Of a DNA stretch of 32,000 nucleotides, positions 27,686-32,000 are shown piece by piece (position 1 is the stretch's first letter; each line of letters begins with the position of its first letter). This stretch comes from Thermoproteus tenax Kra 1. Lineage in GTDB: Archaea; Thermoproteota; Thermoprotei; Thermoproteales; Thermoproteaceae. The notes under the pieces are model-generated. The model saw nothing but the letters and a program-made list of their open reading frames with translations. It had not been told where the DNA came from and did not search any database. The position numbers and the translations under genes were made by a program. The stretch is taken from positions 630,001 through 662,000 of the forward strand of contig NC_016070.1 in assembly GCF_000253055.1 (NCBI RefSeq), written 5' to 3'.

Positions 27686-29535
27686 TCCAATCGTCTTTTG
27701 ATAAAGCCCTTGCCCACGCCTAAGTACAGACCTACAGCCACGGCGCTCGCCAAGATCGGCAGATATATATATGCGCTCAGATCTGAGCCACCGGGCTTTT
27801 CTACGCCCAAATTGGTGGGCAGAGTGATGTTCCAGAGCCTCACGGCGATCGGCAACTGTAATACAAACTGATATTCTACTCTTCCAGCATTATATATTCT
27901 TCTATAAGTTTTTACAATAGATATATAATAATAATCTCTATTAATATTATTAGTAATATTGTAGAGATAATTTTCTACCAACGAGTTCGCAAGGCCCAGA
28001 TAAAAGAGCTCGCCTTTGAGGGATTTTGACAGTGCATCTATCTGGTAGCTCGCGGCTACTAGCTCCTGGGACGCTGTCTGTAAATATTGAACGCCTGAGC
28101 CCAGAGGTCTCTCCAGCGCGCTCACTTGGCCTGCGACGTCTGTAAGGTTCCGTGATGCCGATACTAGAGACCGCGAGATATTGAGTATTACAGGCGGCAT
28201 CTCTTGCTCTAACGCAGTCGCGTTCCCCCGGGTGCTTGCGGCGGTCTGGTTCAAGATACCTTGAACTTGTGAGAGCTGGGCCCCCACAGCCACCAAGGCG
28301 TCACGCGTGTTAGACACGATGGCTATCATAGCTGCCACTGACTGTTCAGCTGAATTTACTGCTGATATGAGTGAGTCTACCGTCGAGATGGCGCTGTTCA
28401 GCTGATCGATCAAGGCGCTTGTGGCATTCTCTATATATGTATTATTTGATCTAATTTTACTTAATTTATTTTTTATATTTATTAAATTTTCCTTTGATTT
28501 ATATAATGATTGTTCAATATTATTTAGAGAATAATATATTGTATATAAATTGTTTTCTATCCCGTTGAGAGAGTTCACCGTCGCTCCAACGGACTTTTCG
28601 TAGGCGCTAATAGCGATAGCTTGGGCCTCCAAAGCGCTGGAGAGAGTCGTCAAATAGGCGTACTCGTATTGGACTAGGAGAAGGCTTCTGTTGAGGGCGA
28701 TGGCCGCGGCGAGAAGCGACGATGATAGAGACATCAGCTGCGAGTTGACCGCCGCAATTGCATAGCGAGATGCGTTTAACCCCATAGCGCCCTCTCTGAA
28801 TGCGACCGAGCTCAAGTTTAATATTCTCCTCAATTCGTCTAAGTTATTTGTCAAGTTATAGACAGCCGATGAAATTAAATTGGTAGCATATGATAAATTA
28901 TATAAATAGTTATATGTTTTATTTAAATAATTTATAGTATAATTAGTTTGAGAAAGATAGCCATCTAGGTCTACATCTGAGATTATCTCTACTGGCGGGA
29001 GGCTCACTGCGCCGAAACTGCCGAAGGACTCTATCCTGTACGTCAGAGTGAAGTTATAGCTATACCCGACGAGAAACGTCCACTGATACACAGCGGACCC
29101 CCCTAGGGACTGGACGCCCGAGGGGGGTCTACTGCTGAATATATCCACGCCTGATGCCCTCTGCACTAGGACTGTCACAGGTACTGCAAACGGCATAAAA
29201 TTCTTTATTGTTATATTGACCTCTACCAGCGATCCGTTTCTAGATACCAGCTGCTGTCCGCTCAGCGTTGCATTGACGTAGCTTACTGTGTACATAATTA
29301 AAAGTGGTGGCGGATAGCTGCCGTTGGCAGCCACGTACACCATCTTTGCGCTGTACGGCGGAATTGTATATCCTTGGAAGATCAGCGGCCTCGAGGAGTT
29401 ATTGACTACGAAATATGCGTATTGATACGATGTGGACGAGGTTCCGCTGTAGGATGCCGTTGTCGAGATTATGAGAGTCGGACTCCCTAAAGATAGGGCG
29501 ACCAAGAGGAGCAGTCCGATTATTGTTCTCTCCAC
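27682..29535 (-). CDS. secreted/membrane-anchored coiled-coil surface protein, 617 aa
   Basis: N-terminal signal MERTIIGLLLLVALSLGSP, long helical region rich in Asn/Ser/Leu, C-terminal TM YLPILASAVAVGLYLGVGKGFIKRRLD; coupled to downstream-read ABC genes. Confidence 0.75.
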   Translation of the reverse strand: MERTIIGLLLLVALSLGSPTLIISTTASYSGTSSTSYQYAYFVVNNSSRPLIFQGYTIPPYSAKMVYVAANGSYPPPLLIMYTVSYVNATLSGQQLVSRNGSLVEVNITIKNFMPFAVPVTVLVQRASGVDIFSSRPPSGVQSLGGSAVYQWTFLVGYSYNFTLTYRIESFGSFGAVSLPPVEIISDVDLDGYLSQTNYTINYLNKTYNYLYNLSYATNLISSAVYNLTNNLDELRRILNLSSVAFREGAMGLNASRYAIAAVNSQLMSLSSSLLAAAIALNRSLLLVQYEYAYLTTLSSALEAQAIAISAYEKSVGATVNSLNGIENNLYTIYYSLNNIEQSLYKSKENLINIKNKLSKIRSNNTYIENATSALIDQLNSAISTVDSLISAVNSAEQSVAAMIAIVSNTRDALVAVGAQLSQVQGILNQTAASTRGNATALEQEMPPVILNISRSLVSASRNLTDVAGQVSALERPLGSGVQYLQTASQELVAASYQIDALSKSLKGELFYLGLANSLVENYLYNITNNINRDYYYISIVKTYRRIYNAGRVEYQFVLQLPIAVRLWNITLPTNLGVEKPGGSDLSAYIYLPILASAVAVGLYLGVGKGFIKRRLD

Positions 29536-30287
29536 GTAGAGTCTATTGCTTTTATCTTTTCATAAATCTCTTTTGCCCTCTCTATATCCAGCTTGATCTC
29601 CCTCCTCGGCATCTCTCCGTCGATCACCAACCCGCCCCTCACTGTATATACTTTGTCGGCTATGGCGGCCACGTCGGGGTCATGTGTGGCCATAACCACT
29701 GTGGTGCCCCAAACTTTGTTCAACGCCAAGATCAAGCTTAAGATGGCCGATGCATTCTCCAGATCTATGTTCGAGGTCGGCTCATCCAATATGAGCAGCT
29801 CCGGGCTGTTTGCCAACGCGCGCGCGAGAGCGGCGCGTTGTTGCATGCCCCCAGATAGCTGAACGGGGTATTTGTGAAGAGAGTCCTCAAGGCCCACGAG
29901 CTTGAGCAACAGCCTCGCCTTTATCTTGGCCAGATCTCTCGGCACACCGGCCGCCAACATAGGCAACTCCACGTTTTGTTGAGCAGTGAGATACGGCACT
30001 AGGTTATACGACTGAAAAAGATAGCCTATATTGAGCAGGCGGAACCTCTCGAGCTCCCGCTCGCCCAACGTCGCCACGTCGCGGCCCAAAACGATTGCCC
30101 TCCCTCTGGTGGGTCTGTCAAGAGACGATATTATGTTCAATAACGTCGTCTTGCCCGATCCAGAGGGGCCCATGAAGGCGGTGATAGTGGACTTGGGTAT
30201 CTTCAGTGTGACCCCCTTCAGCGCGTGAACTTCGCCGGCAGGCGTCTTATATATCTTGTGGACGTCCTCCAGATCTATAGCTATCAT
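29520..30287 (-). CDS. ABC transporter ATPase, MacB/LolD type
   Basis: Walker A GPSGSGKTT, signature LSGGMQQRAALARAL, Walker B LLILDEPTSNID, H-loop VVMATHDP. Confidence 0.95.
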   Translation of the reverse strand: MIAIDLEDVHKIYKTPAGEVHALKGVTLKIPKSTITAFMGPSGSGKTTLLNIISSLDRPTRGRAIVLGRDVATLGERELERFRLLNIGYLFQSYNLVPYLTAQQNVELPMLAAGVPRDLAKIKARLLLKLVGLEDSLHKYPVQLSGGMQQRAALARALANSPELLILDEPTSNIDLENASAILSLILALNKVWGTTVVMATHDPDVAAIADKVYTVRGGLVIDGEMPRREIKLDIERAKEIYEKIKAIDSTWREQ

Positions 30288-31435
30288 CTCAATATCTCGA
30301 GCGGCCTGAGCGTTATAGCTCTGTATACGGGCACAAGGGCCCCTCCTATTGCGACCGACAGAGAAAGGGCTATCCCCAAGGCATAAAACTGAGGAACAAA
30401 GGGTATAGGTACGTCGAAGAAGTAGCCGGCTCCAACTAGGGCGTCCTTTATGCCCATCGCGCCGAGATAGCCGGCGAGTCCGCCCAGAGTTCCCCCTGTG
30501 AGTCCGACAATAAACACCTCTAGTAGTAGCGTCAGAGCTATGTCGCGGCCGGCGATCCCAGTGGCCTTCAGCAACGCTATTTCTCCCACGCGCTCTCTAA
30601 CAGTTATAGACATCACGGCGAAAGTGGTGAGGGCGCCGGCCATGTAGGCTATGGCCTCTATTATCGTGAAGAATATGTTCAACATGGAGAACACCCTGTT
30701 TACTGTAGACAAGGCGCTCTGCTGCGTGTAGACTTCCGCCCGAGGAAATTCTCTCTTCAGCGCTTGTGCGAAGGGCTGTATATACGTCTTGTCCTTCAAA
30801 GTTATGAAGACCATGTTGTAGAACTGGCCAACGCCTAGCTCTTGTTGTAGCCAGTCTAGGGGCACGACCACTAGGTTGAGGCTCATGGGCCCTATGAACC
30901 CTTTGAGCAGATTTGTCATGACGCCGACGACCGATATCTTGACCGCAGTCGGCGGAGCTATCGTGCTTTCGTAGACGTAGAGCGTTACAACTTCTCCGAC
31001 CTTCGCCCCCAGCGTTGACTCGACGACCGCCTCTCCGCCGCCGCTGGGGAGCCTCCCCTCAACGAGCTCTACGTCAAAATAGCTTATATCGCTGAGGGGG
31101 ACGCCGAGGATTGTGACCGTCTTATTCCCCAACGTGCCTGTGAGCATGAGCACGGGCTCAGCGCTTTCAACATATGGGGACGCTCTGAGCGCGTCCACAA
31201 AGGCCCTCGGTATATCTATCGAGTTCGAATATATGAGTATGTCCGCGGGGAATATCTGGTAGAGCTGGTTTTGGACGTAGATCTTCGCCCCAAGGCTGAT
31301 GGTGCTGAGCCCCACCATAAGAGCTGCGCCGATAGCTATGACAAGCGCCACGAGGAGGTATCTTGCTCTCCTCGATCTCAAGTCGCTTAAGGCCAACATA
31401 ATGACGTGGGAAACTGCCACATGGCTTATTTGCAT
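30284..31435 (-). CDS. FtsX/MacB-like ABC transporter permease
   Basis: N-terminal TM, extracytoplasmic core, three C-terminal TMs; ALKATGIAGRDIALTLLLEVFIVGL...ALRPLEILR. Internal start 31399 (MLALSDLRSRRARYL) is likelier. Confidence 0.88.
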   Translation of the reverse strand: MQISHVAVSHVIMLALSDLRSRRARYLLVALVIAIGAALMVGLSTISLGAKIYVQNQLYQIFPADILIYSNSIDIPRAFVDALRASPYVESAEPVLMLTGTLGNKTVTILGVPLSDISYFDVELVEGRLPSGGGEAVVESTLGAKVGEVVTLYVYESTIAPPTAVKISVVGVMTNLLKGFIGPMSLNLVVVPLDWLQQELGVGQFYNMVFITLKDKTYIQPFAQALKREFPRAEVYTQQSALSTVNRVFSMLNIFFTIIEAIAYMAGALTTFAVMSITVRERVGEIALLKATGIAGRDIALTLLLEVFIVGLTGGTLGGLAGYLGAMGIKDALVGAGYFFDVPIPFVPQFYALGIALSLSVAIGGALVPVYRAITLRPLEILR

Positions 31436-31451
31436 ATTAAAAATTGAGCAC

Positions 31452-32000
31452 GTGAGCCGGGCCCTCCCGGTCGTGTTGGCGTTGTGGTTGGCCGTCTATA
31501 TATTCCTGGCGAGCCAATCGGCTAGAGTCTTCGGAATCCTTGTGTACTCGGAGTCGAAACTGATGCCAAACAACGTTGAGCCCGCAATTGTGGACAAAAT
31601 AATTGGTGCGAACCAGACCTCGAACAATGGGACCTTCTTCGTCTTAGTGTACGGCCCCGATCTCACGACGAGGCTGTCCCGCCTCGATAGACTTCTCAAC
31701 GACGAGGGCTTCACCGTGATATCCCCATATTCGATTCAAGAACGAGCCCAACAGATTTATCTGAGTTATATTAATGATACTATAAATAATATTACTATTA
31801 ATTTCTTTAAAAATCTTAATTATATTTATAGTACTATATACAATGAATGTATTGGGCTAGATGAACTCGTGAGAGCGTACAGAGAGGCCGAGAGAAATGC
31901 CACGCTCCTACTCTATGCTACCTACGGCGCAGTCGCGTTGAATATCTCCACGCCTAGAACTGAGGAGTTCCTAAGCTACTATAGGAACTTCTCTGCGCTT
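31452..32000 (+). CDS. N-terminal part of an MMPL/RND-like membrane protein, truncated by window edge
   Basis: Open frame of 183 codons from GTG 31452 to the end (VSRALPVVLALWLAVYIFLASQSARVFGILVYSES...YRNFSAL). Not in the supplied ORF track. N-terminal TM plus extracytoplasmic domain. Confidence 0.5.
   Translation, partial: MSRALPVVLALWLAVYIFLASQSARVFGILVYSESKLMPNNVEPAIVDKIIGANQTSNNGTFFVLVYGPDLTTRLSRLDRLLNDEGFTVISPYSIQERAQQIYLSYINDTINNITINFFKNLNYIYSTIYNECIGLDELVRAYREAERNATLLLYATYGAVALNISTPRTEEFLSYYRNFSAL

Overview
This 32 kb window is a gene-dense chromosomal segment from a hyperthermophilic crenarchaeon. Gene content points to Thermoproteales (Thermoproteus/Pyrobaculum-like). The central item is a crenactin cytoskeleton cluster at about 19.3-24.2 kb: arcadin-1, crenactin (actin homologue), arcadin-2, a small arcadin-3-like ORF, and an arcadin-4-like Rad50/SMC ATPase. 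It sits directly downstream of alba and is followed by an unassigned ORF. Other modules: an EtfAB-FixC-FixX electron-bifurcation operon, a MoaD-MoaE fusion, a circularly permuted YlqF-type GTPase, AMMECR1, a PUA-NSUN m5C methyltransferase, MtnA, a RecB-like nuclease, a ThiR-like HTH-ThiN regulator, topoisomerase VI B+A, an AbrB-PhoU protein, an HemK-like methyltransferase, a TrmB-like regulator divergent from a tetraether-synthase-like radical SAM protein, and a MacB/FtsX-type ABC exporter with a large coiled-coil surface protein. A truncated MMPL/RND-like ORF runs off the right edge.

Main second-look items: (i) three well-conserved genes are interrupted: etfA by a -1 frameshift near 3.80 kb, mtnA by a -1 frameshift near 11.89 kb, and top6B by an in-frame UAG at 14954; (ii) a GC-rich intergenic segment at 24.96-25.15 kb holds a 16-bp GAAA-tetraloop hairpin that is fully paired only on the minus strand, plus a C/D-box-like element and a suitably spaced TATA box, so probably unannotated ncRNA; (iii) an unassigned ORF follows the crenactin cluster; (iv) arcadin-4 has atypical ABC-ATPase motifs; (v) sharply bounded AT-rich, Asn/Ile/Lys/Tyr-rich patches recur inside otherwise GC-richer genes. 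No CRISPR array, transposon, rRNA or tRNA was recognised. All homology calls come from reading motifs, without database searches.
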